NCBI GenBank assembly: GCA_038062955.1
Contig: JBBTWE010000001.1
Coordinates: 554,271-618,270 of the forward strand
Length of the DNA: 64,000 nucleotides
Direction: 5' to 3'
Source of the DNA: Patescibacteria group bacterium
GTDB lineage: Bacteria > Patescibacteriota > Minisyncoccia > Phycocordibacterales > BOKC01
Position 1 is the first letter of the stretch. Every line of letters starts with the position of its first letter. Shown piece after piece: positions 1 through 9,301 of this stretch. Below the pieces are notes generated by a model that saw nothing but the letters and a program-made list of their open reading frames with translations, searched no databases and was not told where the DNA came from. A program made the position numbers and the translations under genes.

Positions 1-1163
1 ATGGTCCTTATGTTTACATCTTCAGCGAAAGTTTTTTTCCTTGAATGAATTTTTAAAATTTCTTCTCTATCATTTCTGTCCGGCAAATCCAAAGTAACTC
101 TCCTATCAAAACGTCCTGGACGAAGAAGCGCTGGGTCCAATACGTCCGGCCTGTTTGTTGCGGCCATGATTATCACTTTCTCATTCGGTTCAAATCCGTC
201 CATCTCAACTAGAATCTGGTTTAAAGTCTGTTCCCTTTCATCGTTTCCTCCACCAACTCCAGTACCACGAACACGGCCAACAGCATCGATCTCATCCATG
301 AAAATAATTGCTGGCGCAGCATGTTTGGCCATTTTAAAGAGATCGCGCACTCTTGATGCTCCAACACCCACAAACATCTCGACAAATTCTGAACCGGAAA
401 TTGAAAAGAATGCGACACCTGCCTCCCCCGCAACCGCTCTTGCAAGCAAAGTCTTTCCGCTTCCAGGAGGTCCCATCAAAATTATGCCCTTAGGAATTCT
501 TGCGCCGATATCAATAAATTTTTTCGGATTTTTTAGGAAATCAACAATTTCGGCTAGTTCTTCTTTCGCTTCTTTAACTCCAGCGACATCTTTGAAAGTG
601 ATCTTTTGTTTTGTATCGTCCGGCGAAGTCATCCGAGCTTTTGATTGTCCAAAAGTGAAAGCTTGCATCCCCGCCCCCTTAACTTGTCTTGTTAGAAACC
701 ACAAAATAAAAATTATAAAAAGAAATGGTAGAAGAAATGGCGCCAAATTCAAGAGCCAGTAACCCAAACCTGTTTGTCTTTTAATTTCAATTTTAACAGC
801 CGCAAGTTCTTTTGTTTCTACTCCGTAATTTTTGAGTGTCTCTGTAAGCGACGCATCAACTTCCTTTTTTGATTCTTTTTTTTCTTCTGTTTTATAATCA
901 ATCTCGAGTTTGTCGCCAAAAACTGTAATTTGCGTTACTAGCCCACTTTTTATATCCTGCGCTAAGTCGGAAATAGCAATATTGTTTGTAGCATCCCTTC
1001 GTTCAGAGATAGTAGAATAGATAGAAAGTAGAAGGAAAAAAACCAAGAAAGCAGTCAGAAAATTGGTCCAAAATTTGTTTCTGTCTGAACGTGCGGGTTT
1101 AATTTGACGCTTGGTCAAAATTACCTTCTTTTTTTCGTCTTTGTTGTGATTATTATTAGCCAT
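1..1163 (-). CDS. ftsH: ATP-dependent zinc metalloprotease FtsH (N-terminal part; gene continues past window start)
   Basis: Reverse-strand translation gives an N-terminal TM segment, an AAA+ domain ([20 protein letters not shown]..., [11 protein letters not shown]) and start ATG at 1161-1163. Absent from ORF track because it is truncated at the window edge. Confidence 0.85.
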   Translation of the reverse strand, partial: MANNNHNKDEKKKVILTKRQIKPARSDRNKFWTNFLTAFLVFFLLLSIYSTISERRDATNNIAISDLAQDIKSGLVTQITVFGDKLEIDYKTEEKKESKKEVDASLTETLKNYGVETKELAAVKIEIKRQTGLGYWLLNLAPFLLPFLFIIFILWFLTRQVKGAGMQAFTFGQSKARMTSPDDTKQKITFKDVAGVKEAKEELAEIVDFLKNPKKFIDIGARIPKGIILMGPPGSGKTLLARAVAGEAGVAFFSISGSEFVEMFVGVGASRVRDLFKMAKHAAPAIIFMDEIDAVGRVRGTGVGGGNDEREQTLNQILVEMDGFEPNEKVIIMAATNRPDVLDPALLRPGRFDRRVTLDLPDRNDREEILKIHSRKKTFAEDVNIRT

Positions 1164-1225
1164 TATTTATAGTCTTAATTAAGAGAAATCTAGTATAATC
1201 TATCGAGTCAGACAATACAATAAAT

Positions 1226-1663
1226 ATGCCTAATCTAATCCAAAACCGAAAAGCCCATTTTGACTATGAATTCCTTGAGAAAATCGAGAGCGGTATTGAG
1301 CTACATGGTTTTGAGGTGAAAGCGTTAAGAGAAAGCAAAGGGCGCTTGGATGGCGCATATGTAGTAACTCGTGGTGGCGAATCTTTTATTGTAAATTTTC
1401 ATATTTCTCCGTACCAACCAGGAAATACTCCAAAAGGCTACGATCCAGACCGAGTAAAAAAACTACTTTTAACTAAAAAAGAAATAGCCCATATTGCCGG
1501 CTTCGAAAAGCGTAAAGGCTTGACAATTGTGCCTATTTCGGTATATACTAAGAAGAGTAAGATCAAGATTGAACTCGCAATCGCAAAGGGAAAGAAAAAA
1601 TTTGATAAGCGAGAAACGCTTAAAAAGAGAGACGCGGAAAGAGACATGAGGAGGGATATGTAA
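1226..1663 (+). CDS. smpB: SsrA-binding protein SmpB
   Basis: 145 aa. N-terminus (NRKAHFDYEFLEKIESGIELHGFEVKALR) is typical of SmpB. Immediately upstream of tmRNA. Confidence 0.9.
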   Translation: MPNLIQNRKAHFDYEFLEKIESGIELHGFEVKALRESKGRLDGAYVVTRGGESFIVNFHISPYQPGNTPKGYDPDRVKKLLLTKKEIAHIAGFEKRKGLTIVPISVYTKKSKIKIELAIAKGKKKFDKRETLKKRDAERDMRRDM

Positions 1664-1730
1664 GATCTTTGAAATACTAGAATTCGGTCATTCGCGCAAA
1701 ATTTGTCGCCAAAACAAAGGTAAATTTTGC

Positions 1731-2127
1731 GGGGATGATCGGCCTAGACAGAAGAATAATTGGCTGCATGCAAAGCAGAGCTCCGAGAACTCTTAAAAAG
1801 CTCGGAAACACTAAGTGCAAACAACTTAGTTGCAAAAGCTAAATCTATCGTCTCTCCATATTTTGGAAACGAAAAATTGGCTTTCGTTTACGCTTAAAGC
1901 CTAAACGACGTCTCTTCTTTTGACTTCCGATAAGAAGCGAGAGGTGTCATAAAAATCGGGATAGAAAGTTATCTGCCTCAATAACTTTCGAAGTTTAGAG
2001 GCTAAGACATCGAGATGTTTTGTCTGTTTTTAAGTCTCTTTGTTTAAAATACAAAAACAAACTATGCCTTGTAGATTTGCATCCACTTACCTTTTGCACG
2101 GCGGTTCGATTCCGCCCATCTCCACAA
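1731..2127 (+). ncRNA. ssrA: tmRNA (SsrA)
   Basis: Starts GGGGATG... and ends with a tRNA-like T-arm/acceptor (GGCGGTTCGATTCCGCCCATCTCCACA). Internal tag-like ORF ends ...LAFVYA-TAA. Adjacent to smpB. Confidence 0.8.
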
Positions 2128-2138
2128 CAATGAACAAA

Positions 2139-2166
2139 ATGCTCAGAGTAACCCTCTGAGCATTTT
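2139..2166 (+). terminator. Rho-independent terminator after ssrA
   Basis: Hairpin GCTCAGAG-taaccc-TCTGAGC followed by ATTTTGT. Confidence 0.6.
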
Positions 2167-2226
2167 GTATATGGATTTGAGCGGGTTCTAATATTTCTAG
2201 ATTTCGGCAGAGATGACGAGGCTAAC

Positions 2227-2799
2227 TTAGAAATTAAATACCTTCCATTCACAGTCTTTAAGTAGAACTAATTCGAGATTAGTGGCCGTATTCTGCAAAA
2301 CAGTAACTGCTCCTGGGGCAGGCGGCAGTTCTAAGCTTTCGTAATGACAAACTACACGCAAAGGGGCAAGCCCGAGACCCTCGCGCATTACGTCCTCAGA
2401 GTGAGATGCGCCATATTTTGCGATTGCATATGCTCCGGCAGAAGAACCAGCGACTGTCTTATCTTGGATTAAAGGTCGAAGGGATGGGAATGTTCGCAAG
2501 ACGTCTAACAATTTGTTCGTGCTGCCTCCGTGCATATACACGGCATTAGATTTCTTAATTTCCTCCAAGAAACCGTCCTTGGTTGCGAGAATAAATTTAA
2601 TATCCTTGCCGTCTGCTTCAGATAGCATTCTTTCAGCAAGCTCTTTAAAAGTAGTAGAAGGGTCATTATCGCGCGAAGCAAAGAAAACCATAAGCACTGT
2701 TCCACTATTAGGAACGTCTGTCAAAAACTCTTTGAAGAAAAAGCGGTTTAATTCGTTGTCCTTGCGAGTAAATCCTCCGTGGAGAATAAATTTAGTCAT
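2227..2799 (-). CDS. Peptidase S51 family (dipeptidase E / cyanophycinase-like type-1 glutamine amidotransferase fold)
   Basis: 190 aa. Architecture of S51 peptidases (ILATKDGF..., YMHGGSTNKLL, GSSAGA catalytic Ser motif). Confidence 0.65.
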   Translation of the reverse strand: MTKFILHGGFTRKDNELNRFFFKEFLTDVPNSGTVLMVFFASRDNDPSTTFKELAERMLSEADGKDIKFILATKDGFLEEIKKSNAVYMHGGSTNKLLDVLRTFPSLRPLIQDKTVAGSSAGAYAIAKYGASHSEDVMREGLGLAPLRVVCHYESLELPPAPGAVTVLQNTATNLELVLLKDCEWKVFNF

Positions 2800-2842
2800 A
2801 AGAATATTATACCTTGTCTGTGACGGTTTTTTTATAATTAAA

Positions 2843-2871
2843 AACAGCTACTTCGAAAAGTAGCTGTTTTA
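2843..2871. terminator. Bidirectional hairpin terminator
   Basis: Perfect palindrome AACAGCTACTT-cgaa-AAGTAGCTGTT flanked by T/A runs. Confidence 0.6.
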
Positions 2872-2874
2872 GGA

Positions 2875-3135
2875 TCAGATGCCGGGAACACGAGGAACCT
2901 GTATGAGAGATGCGGGGTTTGGAAAATCCCGCACAGTTTGCTCGAACGTCGTGAAGGTAGACGTGAGCAAGCTCTCGAAGGCGCCGAACGGTTCCGACAT
3001 AAGAAACTTGAGAATGAGGATAGTCAGCAAGAGACCTATCGCACCTCGGATGCCAAATGTACGCATGAAAATGGTTCGAGGGGGAACCCTTATTGAGCCG
3101 ACTAAGCTCATTCTCACCCCCGACACTACTGACAT
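2875..3135 (-). CDS. Hypothetical small protein (hydrophobic core) in GC-rich island
   Basis: 86-aa ORF that ends just before the terminator at 2843-2871. Three overlapping ORFs occur here and this one best fits the terminator placement. Local GC is much higher than surroundings. Confidence 0.3.
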   Translation of the reverse strand: MSVVSGVRMSLVGSIRVPPRTIFMRTFGIRGAIGLLLTILILKFLMSEPFGAFESLLTSTFTTFEQTVRDFPNPASLIQVPRVPGI

Positions 3136-3302
3136 GCCATCTCTGGAACATGCCCCTAATGCCGGGGGTATTTCTTTTTTTGAAGAGCAATCTGTTTAAA
3201 AGCTAGCAAAAAATTCTCTTGTTGTCAAAGATAAAAAATTTTGACTTAAACACAGAAATAAGATATCTATATATCCGGACGATCTTACAAAAAAGGAGTC
3301 GC

Positions 3303-3692
3303 ATGATCAGACCCCGATGTCGCCACAGAAGGAGACAGCACATCGCTCAAGCTTTGGTGAAGCACCATGCTTCCCACACCCGCGGACACTGGTGGTGGAA
3401 ACAAACACACCAGAGCATCATGGTTAGATTCAGAGCGCGTTCATTGGTAAACGCAAGAGGTCAGACTTGGGGAAACATCCGCATGCCACGGGACTTAGTG
3501 GAGATCGGCTTCGGAAAGAAAGACGTGCGAGACCAATTCCCCATTGGCTCAGAAATCTATGTGGCCTTTTCGATTGTAGGAACGCGTAGTTCCCCCCAAT
3601 TTATCTGGGAGGGAGTGAAAAAGATCAAACCAGTTTCTTTTAGTAAGGAGAACTCCCAGCTCCAAGAAGCCCACAACGACAAACCGCGATAG
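3303..3692 (+). CDS. Hypothetical Arg/His-rich protein (GC-rich island)
   Basis: AAAGGAG Shine-Dalgarno 5 nt upstream of ATG at 3303. The upstream ATG at 3219 in the ORF track lacks an RBS. No recognisable domain. Confidence 0.5.
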   Translation: MIRPRCRHRRRQHIAQALVKHHASHTRGHWWWKQTHQSIMVRFRARSLVNARGQTWGNIRMPRDLVEIGFGKKDVRDQFPIGSEIYVAFSIVGTRSSPQFIWEGVKKIKPVSFSKENSQLQEAHNDKPR

Positions 3693-3718
3693 ATAATTGA
3701 ATCATCGCGGTTTTTTTT
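3684..3718 (+). terminator. Rho-independent terminator
   Basis: CCGCGAT-13nt-ATCGCGG followed by T8, overlapping the stop codon. Confidence 0.7.
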
Positions 3719-3810
3719 AATTTCCAAACGAATATTTTGACAGAAAATTTAATTTATGTTTATATAAACCAGGATTTTTTACAAATCGTTCTTCAACAAC
3801 TGGAGGTCTC

Positions 3811-4884
3811 ATGAAAGCTCTTTGGCAAGGTATTCTGGTCGTTGTGGCCATCGCGCTCGGTTTGTCTCTCTATTTCATCTATAACAAGACGGGGGCAAGG
3901 GGAAACTTTGTTCCTGCTGAGATTTCGGAAGAGGCTGTTGCTAGATCAGTCCTAAGCTACGCTATTGACCCGATGTTCTCCTCAAGTAATTTGCTTAGCG
4001 ACCTGAATGGTACAAAAGCAAATCTTGTGATGCACGTGTTGGACGAAGACAAGCTTTACTTCTCTCTTCCAAATACCGAAGATTGGGCACTTGCTAGAGA
4101 TTGTTTGACGAAACAACCGGAGAAGATCGAGTTCAGCAGATCAACCGAGGCACCATACAAACTCGGAAGTCTCATCCTGAAGAAAAGAGACGTCTATTTT
4201 TTCCGGATCGACGCGGATGATTTCAAGATTGAGCCGAACGCCCGTCTTCATATCCCATTCAGACAAGCAGTCTACGATCCAACAGCACGCGAACTTGCGA
4301 AGTTCATCACGAATGAAGTGATTATGTGTGGTAGAGAGTATTTTGCCGCAGAAAAGGTGGGTAAGCGGACTGTTTACGCGGCAAACTTCGGCGCCAGAGT
4401 TACCGTTCCGCGCGAATCATCTCTAACCAGACTTGCGAAAGCAATCGTAGGTGAAGAGAAAGATCAAAGTCGCGCTGTTCAGAAGCTTCTCGATTTTGTG
4501 ACGAATGAGATCGAGTATGACAAGGATGAACGCGAATGGGCGGGCAACAGTCAAGTGGTGAAGCGCGCGAATGAAGTCTTGATGACAAAAAGAGCGACTT
4601 GCGCCAGTAAGGCGGCGCTCTATGCGAGTCTGCTCGAACAAATCGATGGGGACTACATCTTCGCGTACTATCCGAAGCACTTGACCGTGTTTGTTTACGG
4701 ACAATATTCGGATTCAAACGGCCACTCGATAGTATACGAAGGGAAACGCTATCATCTGGCTGAAACGACCAATCCCGGTTTCGTAATAGGCTACACCAAA
4801 ATGGAGCCTGAGTTTTCTCCAGAAAACGACTGGACACATCTCCAGAGACCAAAAGACAGGGACGTCCCGAAAGCAAAGAAGTGA
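3811..4884 (+). CDS. Membrane-anchored protein, possible transglutaminase-like cysteine protease fold
   Basis: 357 aa. N-terminal TM/signal (ILVVVAIALGLSLYFIY). C-terminal region with Cys...His spacing (KRATCASKAALYASLLEQ ... YYPKHLTVFV) reminiscent of transglutaminase-like cores. Fold assignment is tentative. Confidence 0.45.
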   Translation: MKALWQGILVVVAIALGLSLYFIYNKTGARGNFVPAEISEEAVARSVLSYAIDPMFSSSNLLSDLNGTKANLVMHVLDEDKLYFSLPNTEDWALARDCLTKQPEKIEFSRSTEAPYKLGSLILKKRDVYFFRIDADDFKIEPNARLHIPFRQAVYDPTARELAKFITNEVIMCGREYFAAEKVGKRTVYAANFGARVTVPRESSLTRLAKAIVGEEKDQSRAVQKLLDFVTNEIEYDKDEREWAGNSQVVKRANEVLMTKRATCASKAALYASLLEQIDGDYIFAYYPKHLTVFVYGQYSDSNGHSIVYEGKRYHLAETTNPGFVIGYTKMEPEFSPENDWTHLQRPKDRDVPKAKK

Positions 4885-4912
4885 GTTTCGTAATCCTCAC
4901 TTCCCCCTCAAA

Positions 4913-4948
4913 GTCACACACCCACACTGTATCGTGGGTGTTTTTTTA
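4913..4948 (+). terminator. Rho-independent terminator
   Basis: CACACACCCACAC-tgtatc-GTGGGTG followed by T7. Confidence 0.7.
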
Positions 4949-4967
4949 TTACCAAAAAAATCTTGCG

Positions 4968-5402
4968 ATGGTACTCTCTTTATGTTTACATAAACGTAGA
5001 TCCAACCCATTTCGGTTTGGACAGTTCTTGGGGAGACAAAACGTGGACGCCACATTCGAACAAATGCTCATAGAAGCGGAACGTATCAGGGCATCGAGAA
5101 AAACACGTGATTTTATCCTTAGACCCTACCAAAGGCATTTTCATTCAATGAGTGAATATGTCCACAAGCAAGGGTTTATCCCGCGCAGAATAGAAGATTG
5201 GTCAGCTAATGATGAGTACCTCGCATTGTGTACAGAACTGGCCATCTATTTTCTAGAGGAAGACCTTGCCGAGGAAATTGGTTCAGTGCTAGACCTATCC
5301 ACCGAGGAAAAGGTTTCGCTTATCGAACGCGTAAGAAGCAAACTTGAACAAGGGATGAGATTTCATGTATGCGTGGTCCGCGGAGATTCAGACACCGAAT
5401 GA
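4968..5402 (+). CDS. Hypothetical protein (GC-rich island); start uncertain
   Basis: ORF track start 4881 overlaps the upstream terminator. First ATG after the terminator is 4968; alternative start about 5063. No recognisable domain. Confidence 0.4.
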   Translation: MVLSLCLHKRRSNPFRFGQFLGRQNVDATFEQMLIEAERIRASRKTRDFILRPYQRHFHSMSEYVHKQGFIPRRIEDWSANDEYLALCTELAIYFLEEDLAEEIGSVLDLSTEEKVSLIERVRSKLEQGMRFHVCVVRGDSDTE

Positions 5403-5597
5403 AATCCTGAAGTCTCCCCTACCCCATAACGCTCCAAGAACATTCGTCAAACGAATCGTTCTGGGGTGTTTTTTATTCCGGCTAGCGAGCGCTATCGCGA
5501 GAATTTATTCTCATGATCCGCGATCAAAGACGGGGTCGACGGGTTTGGTGTCGACACCTGTAGACGGTCAAAGGGTTTTTACCCTTTATTATCAAAT

Positions 5598-6377
5598 TTA
5601 CTCCCCTAAGAAAAACATAAGTAGAACTCCAACAATAATCGAAATAAATTGGATCAAAGATTTTTTAGCACTATGGGTTTTGTGAAGTTCGGGAACCAAA
5701 TCAGAGCCAGCGATGTAGATAAATGCTCCGGCGGCAAAAGCGGCGATAAAAGGATTTACTCCACTAATAAAGTTAGAAGCCAAAATTGCAACCCCCGCAC
5801 CCAAAACGGCAAATAAAGCACTGGCAAAATTAAACCAAAGAGCTTTGGCTTTGCTCATACCTGAATGAAGCAAAAGGGCGAAATCCGCGACTTCTTGAGG
5901 AATTTCGTGGAGAGCGATCGCGATTGTTGTCGCAATCCCAACTTCAACACTTATACCGAAACTGGCCGCGATAACAACACCATCAACAAAGTTATGAATC
6001 GAGTCAGAGATTAAAATTAGAAAACCGAGTGGTTTTATTTTCTTGCTTGGCAAATCAACCATCTCGAGTGCATGACCTTCTTCCACTTCTTCTCCCCCTG
6101 CATGGTGGTGATGCCAATGAAGAAACTTTTCCAAAACAAAAAAGATTAAAATCCCCCCGATAACAAAAAGAGAAATTATTTCTGCATTTTCTACAGCTTC
6201 GAATGATTCAGGAATGAGATGTAAAAAAGCATTACCAAAAAACGCTCCAGCCGCAAGCCCCACAAAAATAAAAAGTGCTTTCTGTAAAAACTCTGCCTTA
6301 AAAGACAGGGCAAAAATGCCGATTAGGGAAATAAGGCTGATTCCAAAGACACTTAGTAAGATGTATAAAGAAAGCAT
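5598..6377 (-). CDS. zupT: ZIP-family zinc transporter ZupT
   Basis: 259 aa, 8 TM segments, His-rich loop (HWHHHHAGGEE), HNFVDGVVIA and HEIPQEVADFALL motifs. Confidence 0.85.
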   Translation of the reverse strand: MLSLYILLSVFGISLISLIGIFALSFKAEFLQKALFIFVGLAAGAFFGNAFLHLIPESFEAVENAEIISLFVIGGILIFFVLEKFLHWHHHHAGGEEVEEGHALEMVDLPSKKIKPLGFLILISDSIHNFVDGVVIAASFGISVEVGIATTIAIALHEIPQEVADFALLLHSGMSKAKALWFNFASALFAVLGAGVAILASNFISGVNPFIAAFAAGAFIYIAGSDLVPELHKTHSAKKSLIQFISIIVGVLLMFFLGE

Positions 6378-6455
6378 GGATGATAATAATTAATTTCAAT
6401 AATATTGGACAAATCCAATGTTAACATATACAAGAAATATGCTTAAATTAAAGAA

Positions 6456-7562
6456 ATGAAAAAAGTATCAAAAATATCATTACTTCTAATCAGCCTTGTC
6501 GCTCTAATATCGACCTTTTCTGGAGTTGAGACGGTTTTGGCCCAAGAACTTCAGCAAGACTTGCAGGGAGTTTGGCGAGCCGAAGTCTTGAAAATTATTA
6601 AAGAGGAAAAGAAGTTAATTGCGGGAACAGAGACAGAAGTAATCATACAAACTCTCGAAGCTAAAATCCTAGAGGGAGATAAAAGCGGCCAAACAGTTAC
6701 ATTGGTAAACGATTACCTACCACTTCAAGTTGGTGATTCTTTTTTCATGAATTATCTGATCACAATTGATGGCAATGAAATCTATTCAGTAAGAGACATA
6801 GACAGAAGGTCCGCACTCATATTTTTTACTTTGCTTTTTGTGGCAGTAATTATTTATTTTGGTAGGTGGCAAGGACTGCGTTCTATAATGAGCCTCTTTG
6901 GAACTTTTTTAGTAATAATTTATTTTTTACTCCCCCTCCTTCTTAAAGGATATCCTCCGGTTTTGACCAGCAGTTTAATTGCCGCGGCTATACTCTTTCT
7001 AGCAATCTTTCTAACCCACGGTTTTAATCGTGAATCAGGAGTAGCTTTTTCTGGCACAGTTATTGCGGTGATTTTAACCGGAATACTGGCTTCGGTAGCT
7101 GTGAGAATGACCAGGCTTACAGGTTTCGGCAATGAAGAGGCCGTCTATTTAAATTTTGCTACTCTCGGCAATTTAAATTTTTCTGGTCTCCTCTTGGGAG
7201 GAATTATCGTGGGAGTTTTAGGAGTCTTAGACGATATTGCTATTACCCAAGTTGCAGTTGTGCGCGAACTTAAAGAGAGTGTACACAACCTTTCAAAAAA
7301 AGAAATTTATCACAAAGCTATGAGAGTCGGACGAGAACATGCAGGAGCTTTAGTTAACACTTTGGCTTTAGCTTACGCCGGAGCAACTCTTCCATTACTT
7401 TTACTTTTTTCGGTATCCCAAATTGAATTTGGAATGATTTTAAATCAAGAAGCGGTCGCGACTGAAATTATAAGAACTATCATCGGAAGCATTGGACTTA
7501 TTCTCACAATTCCAATCACAACTACCTTGGCTGTTTATTTTCTAGGCCCGAGACACGATTAG
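6456..7562 (+). CDS. YibE/F family integral membrane protein
   Basis: 368 aa. Signal/anchor, an extracellular N-domain and a polytopic C-terminal half with YibE/F-like motifs (GVLDDIAITQV). Confidence 0.6.
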   Translation: MKKVSKISLLLISLVALISTFSGVETVLAQELQQDLQGVWRAEVLKIIKEEKKLIAGTETEVIIQTLEAKILEGDKSGQTVTLVNDYLPLQVGDSFFMNYLITIDGNEIYSVRDIDRRSALIFFTLLFVAVIIYFGRWQGLRSIMSLFGTFLVIIYFLLPLLLKGYPPVLTSSLIAAAILFLAIFLTHGFNRESGVAFSGTVIAVILTGILASVAVRMTRLTGFGNEEAVYLNFATLGNLNFSGLLLGGIIVGVLGVLDDIAITQVAVVRELKESVHNLSKKEIYHKAMRVGREHAGALVNTLALAYAGATLPLLLLFSVSQIEFGMILNQEAVATEIIRTIIGSIGLILTIPITTTLAVYFLGPRHD

Positions 7563-7637
7563 TATATCGGTGCTTGACTTTCTATAACACTAGTAGTACC
7601 TTTTATCAAGGTAGTTCTTTAAAAATTGATCACCAAA

Positions 7638-7753
7638 TGAGACGAGCTTTAAGTGGCTTATATTAAGGTCGAAAATTTCTCATAACTTCGTTATTCGAAA
7701 TCTTTCGACATGATTTTTAAAGTGTAAAAATCAGCCTTTTAAAGCTCGTCTCA
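7638..7753. repeat. Perfect 14-bp inverted repeat (GAGACGAGCTTTAA / TTAAAGCTCGTCTC) enclosing an 88-bp spacer
   Basis: Direct reading. Spacer contains a CGACATGATTTTTAAAGTGTAAAAATCAG palindromic module related to repeats at 19988 and 39700. Abuts the GC-rich island. Confidence 0.7.
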
Positions 7754-7833
7754 TCCCCGAGATAGCGCACCCGTCTGCATCCCGCAGACAACCCGGATCA
7801 GTTCGCTGATCCATGTTCCAGGAGTTGGATCTC

Positions 7834-8430
7834 ATGCTCAACAAACTTCTCTCGGTCATGGTCTTCATGGCGTGGCTCGTTTGCCCCGCCGTGATCGCCC
7901 AGGCGCCGCATCTCCACGCGTTCGTGGATCCGGTGAACCAGTCGGTGAACACGATCAACGTCAGTTGGTTCGTCGAAACAGGAGAGCTCCTGATGTCGAC
8001 AGCCATCAGCCGTGCTCCAATGATGGAGTTCAACTGGAATGAAGAAGACGGCACCCACAACACGCTCACGACCGAAGTCAGCAACACCAAGGAATGGGTC
8101 TTCGAGATCACATCGATCACCGGCCTCGGAGCGTTCGAGAACGGCAAGATCGTCCCGCAAGGACAAGGCCAGGGTCCGGCTCAGAGTTCCTACACAACCT
8201 CATGGGTCGATTCGAATGGTTCAACATGGACAGTGCTCACGCTACGCACCTCAACCACTGCTGCAGGAAGGAAAGAAGAACTCCGAAACCACCTCGAACA
8301 AGTAAGGGAGATGCAATCAGCATTCCCCCCAAGACCCGTGACGCCACCGCCCGAACCGGAGCCGGAGGAAGCGTTCCTCTCCCCGCCACCCAGGTGGCAC
8401 CGATCCGAGGTACGACTCGCGCTTGTCTAG
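7834..8430 (+). CDS. Secreted Pro-rich hypothetical protein (about 60% GC)
   Basis: AGGAG RBS, then ATG at 7834. Signal peptide MLNKLLSVMVFMAWLVCPAVIAQA with AxA site. C-terminus PPRPVTPPPEPEPEE. GC about 60% against a 35% background. ORFs on other frames and the opposite strand overlap it. Confidence 0.5.
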   Translation: MLNKLLSVMVFMAWLVCPAVIAQAPHLHAFVDPVNQSVNTINVSWFVETGELLMSTAISRAPMMEFNWNEEDGTHNTLTTEVSNTKEWVFEITSITGLGAFENGKIVPQGQGQGPAQSSYTTSWVDSNGSTWTVLTLRTSTTAAGRKEELRNHLEQVREMQSAFPPRPVTPPPEPEPEEAFLSPPPRWHRSEVRLALV

Positions 8431-8520
8431 CCCCGATAAGTTGGGCTCAACAAGTGTGACCGAACCAACCTCGGAGGTGATCAACGTCTGTGCTTAGGCA
8501 ATTGTGCCTACAGCACCAAT

Positions 8521-8574
8521 CGACCTTCCAATCATATGTCACATCGTGGCAGATGAGTGGAAGGTCGTTTTTTT
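8521..8574 (+). terminator. Rho-independent terminator
   Basis: CGACCTTCCA ... TGGAAGGTCG followed by T8. Confidence 0.65.
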
Positions 8575-8646
8575 GTGCCAAACTTGCTTTAATATGCACT
8601 ATGTGTTAATTTTTATTGATAAAGCGTTAGGAAATAAAGATCAACC

Positions 8647-9162
8647 TTGATTCAAAAACCAAGAATAAACAATCAAATAAGGGCCAAAGAACTCCGAGTT
8701 ATCGGTCCGGAAGGAGAAAACTTAGGTGTTTTGGTGTTCGGGGAAGCTCTTAAAAAAGCTCACGAATTACAACTTGATCTGATTGAAATTTCACCTAATG
8801 CCGTTCCTCCAATTGCGAAAATAGCCGATTTTGGCAGATTCCAATATGAGGAGAAGAAGAAGCAGAAGTTAGCCAAAACCAAGGCTCACACCGTTGAGGT
8901 AAAAAGTATTCAGGTAAAAGTCGGGACTGGCGAACATGATTTGGCTTTAAAAGCCAGAAAAGCTAGTGAATGGCTTGCTGAAGGAAACCGTGTAAGAGTG
9001 GATTTATTTTTACCGGGAAGATCCAAATATCTTGATTTCAAATTTCTTAAGGAAAGATTGGATCGGATCTTGAAATTAGTAGAGATCCCATATAAGGTAA
9101 CTGAAAGTCCTAAAAAAAGTCCGAAGGGATTGACAGTTGTTATAGAGAAGGCGAATGCATGA
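8647..9162 (+). CDS. infC: Translation initiation factor IF-3
   Basis: INNQIRAKELRVIGPEGENLGVL matches the IF-3 N-domain. Non-ATG start (TTG/ATT) is typical of infC. Confidence 0.85.
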   Translation: MIQKPRINNQIRAKELRVIGPEGENLGVLVFGEALKKAHELQLDLIEISPNAVPPIAKIADFGRFQYEEKKKQKLAKTKAHTVEVKSIQVKVGTGEHDLALKARKASEWLAEGNRVRVDLFLPGRSKYLDFKFLKERLDRILKLVEIPYKVTESPKKSPKGLTVVIEKANA

Positions 9163-9301
9163 ATCCTGTAGTAGAATTTCAGGTTGCAAATAGTTAGAGT
9201 GGAAAATGTGTAAAAAATAATTTAATTTTATTATAGCAAAACCATCAATTTCGAGGATAGTTCTGAGCTTTGCGAGGAACGACCTGAAATTTCACTACGG
9301 G

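Noticed and set aside
166-762. Plus-strand 198-aa ORF from the track
   Set aside because: Lies entirely within the minus-strand ftsH coding region and its translation is low-complexity nonsense. The opposite strand gives a textbook AAA+ protease.
2807-3199. 127-aa minus and 106-aa plus ORFs overlapping 2875-3135
   Set aside because: The 127-aa ORF would read through the palindromic terminator at 2843-2871. The plus ORF lacks an RBS. Kept only the 86-aa ORF, and at low confidence.
7731-8459. Alternative overlapping ORFs (7731-8147 minus, 7798-8166 minus, 8039-8305 plus, 8094-8459 plus) in the 60% GC island
   Set aside because: High GC generates long spurious ORFs in all frames. Only the 7834-8430 frame has an RBS, a signal peptide and a sensible domain organisation.
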